The notes: generated from the sequence alone by a model not told the origin. Positions 38,073 to 49,055 are shown, counted from the stretch's first letter. The stretch is DNA of 64,000 bases from Clostridiales bacterium (GCA_019415925.1 DXYG01000003.1:1666-65665); one strand, 5' to 3'. Numbers and translations are program-made.

Positions 38073-38348
38073 ATGGCAAAACAGGGAATGAAACGTATGG
38101 AAAGAACCCATACTCAGCCACGAAACGAAGCGGCGGCTGTACCTGAAATTCAGGGAAAGGCAAAGCACGGCAATGAAAAAGCAAATCCTGTTATTTCGGG
38201 AACAAAAGCTCCGTCGCTCAAGGTTTATCATACAACTCCGTTTACACAGGAAAAGCCGATTTCGCCGATTTATTCCACAATTGACAACGACCTTGCAAGG
38301 GATAATCTTGAAAACGACGTTACGGCGGCAGACCTTGAAGAACTGTAA
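38073..38348 (+). CDS. small hypothetical protein, probably forespore-expressed
   Basis: MAKQGMKRMERTHTQPRN..., RBS GAGGTG, sigmaG-like promoter. Confidence 0.65.
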   Translation: MAKQGMKRMERTHTQPRNEAAAVPEIQGKAKHGNEKANPVISGTKAPSLKVYHTTPFTQEKPISPIYSTIDNDLARDNLENDVTAADLEEL

Positions 38349-38356
38349 TTTTCGCT

Positions 38357-38746
38357 ATGGCAGATAAAATCAAAAGTGAAACCACCAAAAAATCAGTCTG
38401 GGAGCAGACTGCAACTCTGACTCAGTTTCCAAAGCTTGACGGTGATATTCATACCGATGTTTTAATCATCGGCGGAGGTATTGCAGGAATCCTGACTGCA
38501 TATTTTCTGCACCAAAGCGGAGTGAAATACATCCTTGTTGACAAGGGAAGGATATGCTCGGGAATTACGCACAACACTACCGCAAAGATAACAGCTCAGC
38601 ACGGCCTTGTCTATCACAAAATCCTTGCCGACAGGGGCACATATTCAGCGCAGATGTACCTTAAAGCAAACGAGCTTGCTTTAGAAAAGTATTGTGAGCT
38701 TTGCAAAAGTATTGCCTGTGAATTTGAGCGCAAACGGAACATTTAA
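38357..38746 (+). pseudogene. truncated FAD-dependent oxidoreductase (YhfW-like N-terminus)
   Basis: SVW...DVLIIGGGIAG...THNTTAKITAQHG, but stops at 129 aa and is followed by a terminator. Confidence 0.75.
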
Positions 38747-38759
38747 ATAGCTACAGAAA

Positions 38760-38798
38760 TAACCGCTCACTATAAATTTCAGTGAGCGGTTGATTTTG
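38760..38798 (+). terminator. terminator
   Basis: AACCGCTCACT...AGTGAGCGGTT. Confidence 0.8.
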
Positions 38799-38896
38799 TT
38801 GTTTCAAAATTGTTGAACACGGAAATCAACTGTGGTATAATTTTGGTATATGGTTATTTTTTAGCTTGCAAATAAATTATTCGGAGTTGTTAATAG

Positions 38897-39217
38897 ATGA
38901 AAAAAGCTTTATCTGTAGTTTTAATATGTCTTACTGTGCTGTTTTCCTGCACTGCGGCAACGGTATTTGCGTCAAGCGTTGACGAAGCGGTAATATCTTC
39001 GCAGGATGACAAATACACCCCGCTCTACACCGTATCACCCGACAGCTCGCTTAAAGACCACGATTCACCCGATTTCAGCAGTAAGGACTATGCACTTTTC
39101 TACACCCAGACAACCTTCCTTGCACTTATCGCAGGCTATTTGATTCTGTTCAAGGTAAAGGGAATAAACCATGATGAAAAAATGCACGGAAGAAAGGGAA
39201 GAAAAAATAGTAAATAA
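38897..39217 (+). CDS. hypothetical membrane-anchored protein
   Basis: Signal peptide, C-terminal TM and basic tail. Confidence 0.65.
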   Translation: MKKALSVVLICLTVLFSCTAATVFASSVDEAVISSQDDKYTPLYTVSPDSSLKDHDSPDFSSKDYALFYTQTTFLALIAGYLILFKVKGINHDEKMHGRKGRKNSK

Positions 39218-39248
39218 CTTCAATCAATTTAATTTAAACATTTTTATG

Positions 39249-39280
39249 TAAAAAACGGGCATCAATGTGATGTCCGTTTT
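39249..39280. repeat. terminator, direct-repeat copy 1 (copy 2 at 40356-40387)
   Basis: TAAAAAACGGGCATCAATGTGATGTCCGTTTT; 31/32 identical to copy 2. Confidence 0.85.
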
Positions 39281-39299
39281 TGCATTAAAATATAGTTAA

Positions 39300-39638
39300 C
39301 TAAGTCCTGTTTATCTTATTCTTCTCTAACAATTCTGCAAAATCTATAATCAGCTTTCTTTCGTCAGCCGTGAGATTATCCATAATACTTGTAAGCTGTT
39401 TTGCGGCTGAAATTGAATTGAGCTTGTATTCACCCAAAAGCAAATCATCGGGAGTAATATTAAGACTGTCGCAGATTTTTATCAGACATTCAAGCGACAT
39501 AGAAACCGAGCCTGTTTCCATATGCGACATATGAATAGTTGAAATATCTATCATTTCTGCAAGCTGAGCCTGTGTAAAGCCTTTGCTCTTTCTGTGTTTT
39601 TTTATGTTACTTCCTATAGCCTTTGAATTCAACATCAT
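39300..39638 (-). CDS. XRE-family HTH regulator
   Basis: IGSNIKKHRKSKGFTQAQLAE...SHMETG. Confidence 0.9.
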   Translation of the reverse strand: MMLNSKAIGSNIKKHRKSKGFTQAQLAEMIDISTIHMSHMETGSVSMSLECLIKICDSLNITPDDLLLGEYKLNSISAAKQLTSIMDNLTADERKLIIDFAELLEKNKINRT

Positions 39639-39800
39639 ACATCACCAAGATTATATTATCCTTAAAAAGGATAAAAATAAATAAATTATTAAGGATAACA
39701 TTGCTTTTAAAAAGATAGTATGATATAATTTTGTAAACACGAATAGTTTTTTGTCATAGAACACAAGATTATTTTTTACGTAAATAGGGAGGTTTAAAAC

Positions 39801-40313
39801 TTGAAAAAGGGTATGATTAAAAAATTGACAGCTTCAATTGTATTATGTGTTTTAGCTTTGAGTATTACCGCTTGCCAGTCTGATAAAACTGTATCAAGCT
39901 CAAAAACACAGGATACAACTCAGGTGGAAACAACAGTAAATACATCGGGCTCAGATGTTACCCTTGATGATATTGAATTGTCAGTAGATATGGTTGGTTC
40001 AGAGGCTGTATTCTGGTACACGAATAATTCAGATTGTAAAATTATTAGTCCGATTATTTGGGTGAAACTTGATAAGGAAACAAATGAAAAAGTAATTTTC
40101 AGGTCAAATTATGACACAGAACCCGGAGAAACTTCTGATAGAGGAACAGTCAGACGTGAAATAATTGAGCCTTATGATTTAGTTAAAGTAGAAGATGAGA
40201 AGGAACTTCAAAATCTTGAGGACTCATATATTAGTTACCACTATGAAAAGGACGGAAAGCAATATTCAGTCAAATATGATTATGTTTTGAAAAAGTACAG
40301 CGTAGATGATTAA
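39801..40313 (+). CDS. hypothetical lipoprotein
   Basis: Lipobox LSITAC, S/T-rich linker, RBS GGGAGG. Confidence 0.75.
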   Translation: MKKGMIKKLTASIVLCVLALSITACQSDKTVSSSKTQDTTQVETTVNTSGSDVTLDDIELSVDMVGSEAVFWYTNNSDCKIISPIIWVKLDKETNEKVIFRSNYDTEPGETSDRGTVRREIIEPYDLVKVEDEKELQNLEDSYISYHYEKDGKQYSVKYDYVLKKYSVDD

Positions 40314-40355
40314 TACTTTTTATTGTTAAACATTTTGGACAAAAAACTGCGTGTA

Positions 40356-40387
40356 TAAAAAACGGGCATCATTGTGATGTCCGTTTT
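40356..40387. repeat. terminator, direct-repeat copy 2
   Basis: TAAAAAACGGGCATCATTGTGATGTCCGTTTT. Confidence 0.85.
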
Positions 40388-40404
40388 GTTGTGCATATAG
40401 AATT

Positions 40405-41070
40405 TTAAGCCGTTTGTTCCTGATTTTCTTCCTTTGCCTTTTTGAAAGCGGCGTCTTTCTGCTTTTTCTTCTTGATTACTTTAAGACGGCTGAATTCCTC
40501 TCTGTCTTTTTCGTCAAGTGCGTCTGAAATAAACTTTACAGTTTCTTCAAATTTCGGAATCATAATATTTTTAAGAGCGTTTGCACGTTTCTGCGTTTTC
40601 TTGATTGAATCGGCAAGTCTGTAAACGCTGTTCTCAATCTCGGCAAGCTCTACGGTGAGGTACTTAACCTCCGAAAACTTGTTGTAAACCTTGTCAATTG
40701 CAGAGTTTGTAGTCCTTAAACCGTAGTGAAGAAAGTCGTGCTGTTGACGCTCTTCGATTGTGAGAATCGGAATTTCAACGCCCATTACGCTCCTTGAGTC
40801 GAGCTTTAAGCTGTCCTCATAGGGAATGGAGTTTGAAATGTCCTCGCAAAATCCGTTTGTTACATTGGCTGTCTGCAAGGCAATGTATGCTTCCTCATAT
40901 GCGCTGTCAATCTTCTGCTGAATAGCGTTTGCGTGGTCAATCAGCGTCATCATCTCACGAATCAGAATGTTACGCTTTCTGTCGAGAAGTTCATATCCGA
41001 CCTTTGCAAGAGCAAGCGACTTTTTGGTGTTCATCAGATTACCCTTGGTGGGTACTGCCTGTACTGCCAT
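40405..41070 (-). CDS. atpD: A/V-type ATPase subunit D
   Basis: PTKGNL, GYELLDRKR, KTQKRANAL..IMIP. Confidence 0.94.
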   Translation of the reverse strand: MAVQAVPTKGNLMNTKKSLALAKVGYELLDRKRNILIREMMTLIDHANAIQQKIDSAYEEAYIALQTANVTNGFCEDISNSIPYEDSLKLDSRSVMGVEIPILTIEERQQHDFLHYGLRTTNSAIDKVYNKFSEVKYLTVELAEIENSVYRLADSIKKTQKRANALKNIMIPKFEETVKFISDALDEKDREEFSRLKVIKKKKQKDAAFKKAKEENQEQTA

Positions 41071-41095
41071 ACACCTGTACTCCTTTCCTTACGGC

Positions 41096-42469
41096 TCAGC
41101 CTTTGTAGTACTTGTCAAGTATAGCGTCGTCAACACGGTCAAGCTCTGCTCTCGGAAGCGTTGAAAGCAATTCCCAGCCGAGGTCAAGGCTCTGTTCAAT
41201 GCTTCTGTTTTCGTTAAAGCCCTGATTTACAAACTTAGATTCAAACAGCTTACCAAACTCAATGTACTTCTTGTCGGTGGGGGAAAGCTCCTCTTCACCG
41301 ATAACTGATGCAAGCGACCTTGCGTCAATAACCTTTGCATAGGACGCAAAAAGCTGGTTTGCAAGCGACTGATGGTCACCTCTTGTGTAGCCTTCGCCGA
41401 TACCGTCCTTCATAAGACGAGAAAGCGACGGAAGAACGCTTACGGGCGGATAAAGTCCCTGTCCCTGAAGCGAACGGTCAAGAACTATCTGACCTTCGGT
41501 GATATATCCCGTAAGGTCGGGGATAGGATGAGTGATATCGTCGTTGGGCATTGTAAGAATCGGAATCTGCGTAACCGAACCCGAATGACCCTTAATCATA
41601 CCTGCACGCTCGTAAAGAGAAGCAAGGTCGGAATAAAGATAGCCGGGATAGCCCTTACGTCCGGGAATTTCACCCTTTGACGATGAGAACTCACGCAGAG
41701 CCTCGGCATAGGAGGTCATATCAGTCATAATTACAAGAATGTGCATATCAAGCTCAAAAGCAAGGTATTCTGCAATTGTGAGCGCACATCTCGGAGTAAG
41801 TGTTCTTTCAATAATCGGGTCGTTTGAAAGATTCAGGAGCATAACAACTCTCGAAAGAACGCCGCTTTCCTCAAAGCTTCTTCTGAAGTATTCGGCAACG
41901 TCCTTCTGAACGCCCATTGCGGCAAATACTACGCCGAAGTTTGTGCTGTCGGCACCGCTGATTTTAGCCTGACGTACAATCTGAACGGCTAAATCGTTAT
42001 GAGTCATACCTGTTCCCGAGAAAATCGGAAGCTTCTGACCTCTGATAAGTGTCATAAGCGTGTCGATTGTCGAGATACCCGTGTTGATGTAGTTTTTCGG
42101 ATACACACGTGAAACAGGGTTAATCGGAGTTCCGTTGATGTTTTCACGCTTTACGGGAAAAATATCGCCCAGTCCGTCAATCGGTCTGCCTGCGCCGTCA
42201 AGCACACGTCCGATAATTTCGGGCGAAAGCGGCATTTCCATAGGACGTCCCGTAAGAGTAGTTCTTGTGTTCTTAAGGCTGATTCTTCTTGTGCCCTCAA
42301 AAACCTGAACAACAATTCTTTCGCCCTCAATCTGAACGACACGTCCCTGTCTGGTTGTGCCGTTTTCAAGGCGGATATCTACGATTTCTTCGTTGGAAAC
42401 GCCCTTAACGCCGTCCATTACGATAAGCGAGCCGTTGATTTCCTTTACGCCTACATAATTTATTATCAT
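41096..42469 (-). CDS. atpB: A/V-type ATPase subunit B
   Basis: [41 protein letters not shown]. Confidence 0.96.
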   Translation of the reverse strand: MIINYVGVKEINGSLIVMDGVKGVSNEEIVDIRLENGTTRQGRVVQIEGERIVVQVFEGTRRISLKNTRTTLTGRPMEMPLSPEIIGRVLDGAGRPIDGLGDIFPVKRENINGTPINPVSRVYPKNYINTGISTIDTLMTLIRGQKLPIFSGTGMTHNDLAVQIVRQAKISGADSTNFGVVFAAMGVQKDVAEYFRRSFEESGVLSRVVMLLNLSNDPIIERTLTPRCALTIAEYLAFELDMHILVIMTDMTSYAEALREFSSSKGEIPGRKGYPGYLYSDLASLYERAGMIKGHSGSVTQIPILTMPNDDITHPIPDLTGYITEGQIVLDRSLQGQGLYPPVSVLPSLSRLMKDGIGEGYTRGDHQSLANQLFASYAKVIDARSLASVIGEEELSPTDKKYIEFGKLFESKFVNQGFNENRSIEQSLDLGWELLSTLPRAELDRVDDAILDKYYKG

Positions 42470-42483
42470 TGTGCGTTTCCTCC

Positions 42484-44241
42484 TTATTTGAGTAATGAAG
42501 CAAGCTTTTCGTCGATTTCCTTGATGTAATCGTCGAACATTTCAGGCTTGCTGTTGGGAATGTCGTACTTCATCTTTGTCAGCTTGTCAAACAGTCCGAG
42601 ATTCAGAACCTTTGAAAGCGGAATTTCCTTTGCAACGATTTCCTTTGCTTTTTTGTAAAGGTGAAGTATTGTTTTCATCATAAGCTTCTGCTTTTCAAGC
42701 GGAACGAATGTGTCGTCAGCGTGGAAAGCGTTCTGCTGTAAAAATCCTACTCTGATAACTCTTGCAGTTTCAATTACAAGCTTCTGGTCGTCGGGAAGAA
42801 CGTCCGAGCCGATGAGCTTTACGATTTCCATAAGCGAGCTTTCTTCCTGCAAAAGTGCGCTAATTCTGTTGCGGTATTCAACAAAATCCTCACCGAGATT
42901 CTCTTTGAACCAAGGGTCAAGGTCGTTGAAATATTCGCTGTAGCTCTGCATCCAGTTGATAGCAGGGTAGTGTCTTGAATAAGCAAGTGACTTGTCGAGT
43001 GCCCAGAAACAGCGTGTGAAACGCTTTGTGTTCTGCGTAACAGGCTCGGAGAAGTCAGAGCCCTGCGGAGAAACAGCACCGATAAGCGTTACCGAGCCTT
43101 CGCCGCCGCTTAATACGTCTGCACGTCCGCCTCTTTCGTAGAATTCTGCAAGACGAGAGGGAAGATAAGCAGGGAAGCCTTCCTCGGCAGGCATTTCTTC
43201 AAGTCTGCCCGAAATTTCACGCAGAGCCTCTGCCCAACGTGAGGTTGAGTCAGCCATCATAGCAACGTGGTAGCCCATATCTCTGTAATATTCGCCGAGA
43301 GTGATACCTGTGTAAATTGAAGCCTCACGAGCCGCAACAGGCATATTTGAGGTGTTTGCGATAAGTACCGTTCTGTCGGTCATAGGGCGCTGTGATTTCG
43401 GGTCGATAAGCTCCGAGAATTCCTCAAGCACCTGACTCATTTCGTTGCCACGCTCACCGCAGCCGACGTAAATAATAATATCAGCGTCGCACCACTTTGC
43501 AAGCTGGTGCTGTGTCATTGTTTTGCCTGTTCCGAATCCGCCTGGGATTGCGGCTGTACCGCCCTTTGCAATCGGGAAGAGCGTGTCGATTACACGTTGA
43601 CCAGTGATAAGCGGAACAGAAGAAGTAAGGCGGTTTTTAACGGGACGTGAAGTTCTGATAGGCCACTTCTGGCAGAGGGTGAGGTTGTGCTCTGCGCCCT
43701 CGTCGTCCTTGATTACAACTACCGTATCAAAAAGCCTGTAGTCGCCGTCGGGCATAACCTTTGTTACAACGCCCGAAAGTTCGGGATGTACCATAAGTCT
43801 ATGCTCGATAATCGGAGTTTCGGGGAGCGTTGCGTAAATCTGACCGCCCTCGAGTCTGTCACCGACCTTTACCTTCATTGTGACGTTCCACAGCTTGTTT
43901 TCGTCAAGCGAAGATACGGTAGCACCACGATTGATAAATGCGCCCGACTGCTCCTCAATAGCCTTTAAGGGACGTTCAATTCCGTCAAAAATATTGTCAA
44001 TAATACCCGGTCCCAGAAGCACGTTCATCGGTGCTCCCGTACCCCTTACGGGGTCGCCGGGCTTAAGACCTGTTGTTTCTTCGTAAACCTGAATGGTAGT
44101 AAAATCATCGGTGATACCGATAACCTCGCCGACAAGATTCTGCTCTCCGACGTGAACCATTTCCATCATCTCAAAGCAGTCGGCTTGCTTTACGGTAACA
44201 ACAGGACCGTTAATTCCGTATATAACATTGTTGTTTTCCAT
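42484..44241 (-). CDS. atpA: A/V-type ATPase subunit A
   Basis: [40 protein letters not shown]. Confidence 0.96.
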   Translation of the reverse strand: MENNNVIYGINGPVVTVKQADCFEMMEMVHVGEQNLVGEVIGITDDFTTIQVYEETTGLKPGDPVRGTGAPMNVLLGPGIIDNIFDGIERPLKAIEEQSGAFINRGATVSSLDENKLWNVTMKVKVGDRLEGGQIYATLPETPIIEHRLMVHPELSGVVTKVMPDGDYRLFDTVVVIKDDEGAEHNLTLCQKWPIRTSRPVKNRLTSSVPLITGQRVIDTLFPIAKGGTAAIPGGFGTGKTMTQHQLAKWCDADIIIYVGCGERGNEMSQVLEEFSELIDPKSQRPMTDRTVLIANTSNMPVAAREASIYTGITLGEYYRDMGYHVAMMADSTSRWAEALREISGRLEEMPAEEGFPAYLPSRLAEFYERGGRADVLSGGEGSVTLIGAVSPQGSDFSEPVTQNTKRFTRCFWALDKSLAYSRHYPAINWMQSYSEYFNDLDPWFKENLGEDFVEYRNRISALLQEESSLMEIVKLIGSDVLPDDQKLVIETARVIRVGFLQQNAFHADDTFVPLEKQKLMMKTILHLYKKAKEIVAKEIPLSKVLNLGLFDKLTKMKYDIPNSKPEMFDDYIKEIDEKLASLLK

Positions 44242-44292
44242 TTATATTACCATCTCTTTCGGTTGAAATTAACAGTTAAAATAGTGTGAAAA

Positions 44293-44886
44293 TCAAAGCA
44301 CGCTGAGTCCTGAATTTTCGATAAACCATTCTCTCTGTGCATAGAGCTTGCTGTCAAGCGTTTCGTCAGCCACAATGCTGAGAGCCTTGCAGTAACCCTT
44401 TAAGCCGCCGATTTTAATTGTTTTATCGGTGAAAACCTCTGTTTCGCCGCCAAAAAGTGCTTTGAGCCTGTCAGCAAAACCCATATCCTTTTCATTTAAG
44501 TAAAGAGTACAGCTTTCGCCGCCGAAAAGAGCGGCAACATTTTTTGCACTTTCCAGAAGCTTTTCGGAATACTCAGCTGTTTTTGTGTATAGGGCAAGCT
44601 TTTCTTCCGCTTTCTTAAACACGTTGTCGGTCATTTCGGCTCTTTCAAGAAAGAGTTTTTTCTGACCCTCCTGTGTAAGCTTAGCAAGTCTTGAGGTTTC
44701 TTCGTTGCGCTTGGCTTCAAGCTTATCCTTGATAAGCTTTTCACTGTCGTACTTTGCCTTTTTCTCGGCTTCCTTGATTTTTTTCTCTTTTAACTGCTCA
44801 ACCTCGGTACGCATGGCGTTTCTCTGCTCGTCAGCGTACTTTTTTATGGCTTTAAGAAAGTTATCCGTTTTTGCGGTTTTATTCAT
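44293..44886 (-). CDS. atpE: A/V-type ATPase subunit E
   Basis: Coiled-coil N-terminus, IGGL...DETLD; operon position. Confidence 0.85.
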   Translation of the reverse strand: MNKTAKTDNFLKAIKKYADEQRNAMRTEVEQLKEKKIKEAEKKAKYDSEKLIKDKLEAKRNEETSRLAKLTQEGQKKLFLERAEMTDNVFKKAEEKLALYTKTAEYSEKLLESAKNVAALFGGESCTLYLNEKDMGFADRLKALFGGETEVFTDKTIKIGGLKGYCKALSIVADETLDSKLYAQREWFIENSGLSVL

Positions 44887-44921
44887 ATATATAACCTCTT
44901 TAGCAAATCAATTTGCGATAA

Positions 44922-45230
44922 TCAGAGCTTAACTCCGATAGCGTCCTGAACGTATTTTGTAATACTGTCCTTTGTTCTTCCGTTGCCGTGACGGTCGGGA
45001 ATTTCAACAATAAGCGGCTGCTTTCGGTTCAGTTTAAGCTCATATACAAGGTCGGGGCAGAGAGCAACAAGGTGCTCCGTCATTAAAATAACGGCAATGT
45101 CCTCTCTGTTCATTGCGTTTGTAAGCTCACGGCGAACGTCCTCCTCTTCGTGGACGACAACGCCCTCAATGCCTGCAAAGCGCATACCCATTTTTGTATC
45201 AACATTATCACTTATAAGAAAAAATTTCAT
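44922..45230 (-). CDS. atpF: A/V-type ATPase subunit F
   Basis: ISDNVDTKMGMRFAGI, PLIVEIPD, AIGVKL. Confidence 0.9.
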   Translation of the reverse strand: MKFFLISDNVDTKMGMRFAGIEGVVVHEEEDVRRELTNAMNREDIAVILMTEHLVALCPDLVYELKLNRKQPLIVEIPDRHGNGRTKDSITKYVQDAIGVKL

Positions 45231-45259
45231 AGTATCAAATCCTTTTTATGTCGGATTCA

Positions 45260-45688
45260 TCAGCCGACTGAGGAGATAATCATAATTGAAATAAGCATAC
45301 CGTAAAGTGCGATACCTTCACCGAGAGCAACGAAGATGATAGCCTTACCGAATGCCTTGGGGTCCTCGCTTGTTGCGCCGATTGCGGCAGGAGCTGCGTT
45401 ACCTACGGCAATACCGCCGCCGATGCAGGAAAGACCTGTTGCAACTGCTGCACCGATATAAGCCATGCCGCTTGCAGCAGCCGAAGCTGAAGCAGCGTCC
45501 TCAGTAGCTGCGCCTGCAACTAACGGACAAACAAAGCAGATTGCAAATACTGCTGCGAAAGAAGCAAGCTGCATTAAAACAGTTTTCTTTCTGCTTTTAC
45601 CTTTTTCAAAAGCCTTAACGGCGATGATTACCGAAGCGATAAGAAATACAATGGGAAGTGCGAGCATTAATGAATTGAAAAGTAACAT
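45260..45688 (-). CDS. atpK: A/V-type ATPase proteolipid subunit K/c
   Basis: GLSCIGGGIAVG...ALGEGIALYG; ATG 45688 follows GGAGG. Confidence 0.9.
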   Translation of the reverse strand: MLLFNSLMLALPIVFLIASVIIAVKAFEKGKSRKKTVLMQLASFAAVFAICFVCPLVAGAATEDAASASAAASGMAYIGAAVATGLSCIGGGIAVGNAAPAAIGATSEDPKAFGKAIIFVALGEGIALYGMLISIMIISSVG

Positions 45689-45707
45689 AGTAAATTCCTC
45701 CAAAAAA

Positions 45708-47642
45708 TTATTCTGTTATTAATTTAACAGGCTCATAAGGTCTGCCTTCGCCCGAGTAGAAACGGCTGAACATTTCATAATATTCAAGACGAAGCACCTG
45801 AATTGCAACAAGCAAAGCCTCAAGAACCATAACGAGTGCGTTTCCGAAAACGACAATCGGCCAGTAGCCGACTCCGCCGACGGTTTCTGCAAGCACAAAC
45901 ACTACCATCATCATACCTGCGTGAACAAGAACGAATGCGCCTACACGAAGAAAGCTCATTGTGTTTGTGACATAGCTTAAAATAACCTCAATGGATTCAA
46001 AAAGATTTTCAACGATATATCCGCCCCAGCTTTCGGGCTTCCAGTCCTGCTCTCCGTTTACGAGTTTTGTAAGCGGTTCACCGAAGAAGATAAGGATAAA
46101 CGGTATAACAATCAGACAAAGCACATAGGGGAGAGTGAGAATATTAAGCCCGAGGAACATTTGTCCCACAAGTCCGAATACAACCGAGCCGTAGAAAACG
46201 ATTCCTGCAACTCCGCTTGTACTGAACAGCGCTCGTCCGTAATTTTTCTGTCTGACTGAGGTGTAAACATTAAGAATCATTGCAATTACCAGGAGCAGAA
46301 CGCCTATGCCGATAGCCGACATAATGATTGTGTTGGTGTTCTGCGACGCCATAACCTCAAACGGCTTTTCTTCAAGTCCGAAAAGCGCCTTGTACATCGG
46401 GTCAAGCAGATGCTCAAATCCGAAAACGCTTCCGAAGAAAGTACCGAACACAGCCGATGAAATTCCGCACGGGAACAGGATTTTGCCGATTTTCATTTTC
46501 TTAAGCTTCCACATCAGAAGTCCTGCGATTGAAAGGCAGATTCCCTGCCCTAAATCGGCAAACATAATTCCGAAAATGATGATATAGGTTATTGCAATAA
46601 ACAGCGACGGGTCAATTTCGTTGTATTTCGGAACGCCGTACATTTCTGTGTAGAATTCAAACGGCTTTGCAAGGAAGCAGTTTTTGAGTTTTACGGGCGG
46701 AGATTTTTCAATTTCCTTCTTTGCGTCCGAAAGCTCAACGCTTACACTGCTGATTTTTTTCAGCCTGCGCTTAAGCGGCTTTGCAAATTCCGTAGGAACC
46801 CAGCCGACTATGATAAAGCTTCTGTTGTATTGCAGTGCTTTTGTGCGTATTTTTGCGTAAAGATAAAGCTCCTCAAGCTTTGAAAGATACCTTGTTATAC
46901 GTTCGGTATGCATATCAAGATAGCTGTCAAGCCTTTTCTGCGACTCGGCTAATTTTGCTTCAAGCTTCGGAACAAGCTCCTGAAGCTTTTGAAGATGAAC
47001 TCTCGGAGTGTCGTTAACGCCTAAAACATCGCATTTTTCAAAGTACAGTCCCGAAAAAATCCTGTCGATTTCAGCACAGTTATCAATCGGAGCAAAATAA
47101 ACGCCCCAGTAATGCGATTTATCCTCTGTACAGATTGTGAAGTCAACATAGGGATTGTCCTTGTAAGCAGAAAGCTTTTCGTAGCTTTCCTTAGGAAGTC
47201 TGCCGAAACGAGTTTTAAGATACTTAAGCGTTAAAAGCTTTTCGGTTTCAACGCCGAGTCCGACAAAATGCTTTGTGTCGTTAAGGCTTTCCTTTGCTTG
47301 AATCAGCTGTTCGTTAATAAACTCCCTGTCATCTACTAGAGCGTCAATTTCTTTTGCAGTGTTGGTTGCAAAAATTTCCATTTCCTTAAAGCTCGGATTA
47401 AAGTCGCTTACGTCAATCAGCGGAAACTTACGCTTTGTAAGTCCTATCGACGCTTTAAGGTTGGTGAGAGGTTCAGCGTAGATGTTTTTTGTCTGCAGGT
47501 GTGTAAAATTCTTTGTGTCACTGTAAAAAGCAGGAACATCGTCGGGATGAAACACACCTGATTCACCAAGAACCGAAATAACGTCGTCAATGTCATCAAC
47601 AACGCCGATGACGTTTACGGCCTGCATGGTTGATACAGCCAA
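45708..47642 (-). CDS. atpI: A/V-type ATPase subunit I
   Basis: YGVPKYNEIDP, FGIMFADLGQG, NTMSFLRVGAF, LRLEYYEMFSRFY. Confidence 0.94.
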   Translation of the reverse strand: MAVSTMQAVNVIGVVDDIDDVISVLGESGVFHPDDVPAFYSDTKNFTHLQTKNIYAEPLTNLKASIGLTKRKFPLIDVSDFNPSFKEMEIFATNTAKEIDALVDDREFINEQLIQAKESLNDTKHFVGLGVETEKLLTLKYLKTRFGRLPKESYEKLSAYKDNPYVDFTICTEDKSHYWGVYFAPIDNCAEIDRIFSGLYFEKCDVLGVNDTPRVHLQKLQELVPKLEAKLAESQKRLDSYLDMHTERITRYLSKLEELYLYAKIRTKALQYNRSFIIVGWVPTEFAKPLKRRLKKISSVSVELSDAKKEIEKSPPVKLKNCFLAKPFEFYTEMYGVPKYNEIDPSLFIAITYIIIFGIMFADLGQGICLSIAGLLMWKLKKMKIGKILFPCGISSAVFGTFFGSVFGFEHLLDPMYKALFGLEEKPFEVMASQNTNTIIMSAIGIGVLLLVIAMILNVYTSVRQKNYGRALFSTSGVAGIVFYGSVVFGLVGQMFLGLNILTLPYVLCLIVIPFILIFFGEPLTKLVNGEQDWKPESWGGYIVENLFESIEVILSYVTNTMSFLRVGAFVLVHAGMMMVVFVLAETVGGVGYWPIVVFGNALVMVLEALLVAIQVLRLEYYEMFSRFYSGEGRPYEPVKLITE

Positions 47643-47676
47643 GTTAAAATCACCTCTTTATGAGAGTCAAGCTTAA

Positions 47677-48720
47677 TCAGTAGATAAGCAATGACTGTAT
47701 TAATTTAGTATCAAGCTTATATCTTACTCCCTCAATCAGGCTGACAACGTTCATTAGCTCAATTTCGGAAATAAACATATAAGACAGCATAACTACAGAC
47801 GGGTTGTTGGAAAAATGCATATTTTTTCTTGCCAGCCTGTATTTAACTCTCGGGCTGATGTCGCTTGCATAAACGTAGCCGATTTTGTCAATCAGCTTGC
47901 CGTTGTGCGTTGACTGCATAATTGAAAAGACCTCAGCCGAGGATTCCGCCCTGCACATCATATCAATCGCCTTCGGACTAATGTCGCAGTAATTGAGAAG
48001 AAGATTTGATTTGATAGCGTCGGGGGAGAGATTGTAATACTTTTTAAGGCGTAAAATCCTTGAAAAAATATTATAATCGTTTATGGTAAGGAAAAACGAG
48101 GTAAGCTCCTGTCTTTCTCTGCCTTTTGTGTTTTTCTTGATTGTGTTCAGCAGATTTGCAAAAACAAAATCATAAAGCTTGTTTTCAATCTCGGAAATAT
48201 GAAGCCGTTCTTTTTCGTCGGGTGCACAGCTCTTTAGTATTTCATAATACGGAGAGTCTGAAAGTACCTTTAAAAATTCTTCATAATTCTTTGCGTTTGC
48301 AAGCTTGTCAATATCAATTTCCGTGTGCTTAGAAAAGTATGCGGGGAACTGATAGATAAATTTTTCGGTTGAATTGGAATTAAGCAGAATTAAAAATCTG
48401 ACAATCTGCTCAACCTCAATCGTTTCGATGACATATTGAGAAAATCCCGAGCTTACGCTTGAATCGTACCTGCAAAGCGAATCGAATTCGTAGAAAAGAT
48501 TCTGCCTGAGCATTGCTTCAAGCCGTCCTCTGTGGACATCTCTTTCGTTAATGTCACGAAGTGCCGCCGAATAGTGTGTATATGATTTTAAATATGACAT
48601 AACCTCTGCAACGCTCTGGCAGGCAAGCAGGCTGGTGTAGTCCTTTTCAGTAAGTCGCTTACCGAATTTTGCCCTTGCTTTTGTCAGAACGGCGAAAGAA
48701 GTGTTTGACATAATCTGCAC
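47677..48720 (-). CDS. atpC: A/V-type ATPase subunit C
   Basis: KARAKFGKRL..., EIELMNVVSLIEGVRY; operon position. Confidence 0.88.
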   Translation of the reverse strand: MQIMSNTSFAVLTKARAKFGKRLTEKDYTSLLACQSVAEVMSYLKSYTHYSAALRDINERDVHRGRLEAMLRQNLFYEFDSLCRYDSSVSSGFSQYVIETIEVEQIVRFLILLNSNSTEKFIYQFPAYFSKHTEIDIDKLANAKNYEEFLKVLSDSPYYEILKSCAPDEKERLHISEIENKLYDFVFANLLNTIKKNTKGRERQELTSFFLTINDYNIFSRILRLKKYYNLSPDAIKSNLLLNYCDISPKAIDMMCRAESSAEVFSIMQSTHNGKLIDKIGYVYASDISPRVKYRLARKNMHFSNNPSVVMLSYMFISEIELMNVVSLIEGVRYKLDTKLIQSLLIY

Positions 48721-48746
48721 ACACCTCCCGATAAAAATTGTTTTGA

Positions 48747-49055
48747 TTATTCAAGCGTGCGGCTTACTATTGCGTCAACCCACCTGTCGCAGTTTTGCTC
48801 GTAGTCTGACTGCAGCTTGATATGAGCCGATTTCTGTTTGTTCTGAATTTCCTCCCAGAGTTTTTCGGCTTTCTTTTCCTCCAAAGAATCGTTGCGCTTA
48901 ACGGTTTCAAGTGCGTCCTTCATATAGCTGTCGTAGATTTTCTGAGTTTCCTCGTCAATCTTTTTTGCAAGCTCTTCCTTTTCTTTCAGGGCGTTTTCCT
49001 CCATTGCCTTAGCTTCGTTGTCAGCGTCAACAATCTTCTTAATCATATTTTCCAA
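48747..49055 (-). CDS. A/V-type ATPase subunit G/H
   Basis: 102-aa charged coiled coil, first gene of the ATPase cluster. Confidence 0.7.
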   Translation of the reverse strand: MENMIKKIVDADNEAKAMEENALKEKEELAKKIDEETQKIYDSYMKDALETVKRNDSLEEKKAEKLWEEIQNKQKSAHIKLQSDYEQNCDRWVDAIVSRTLE

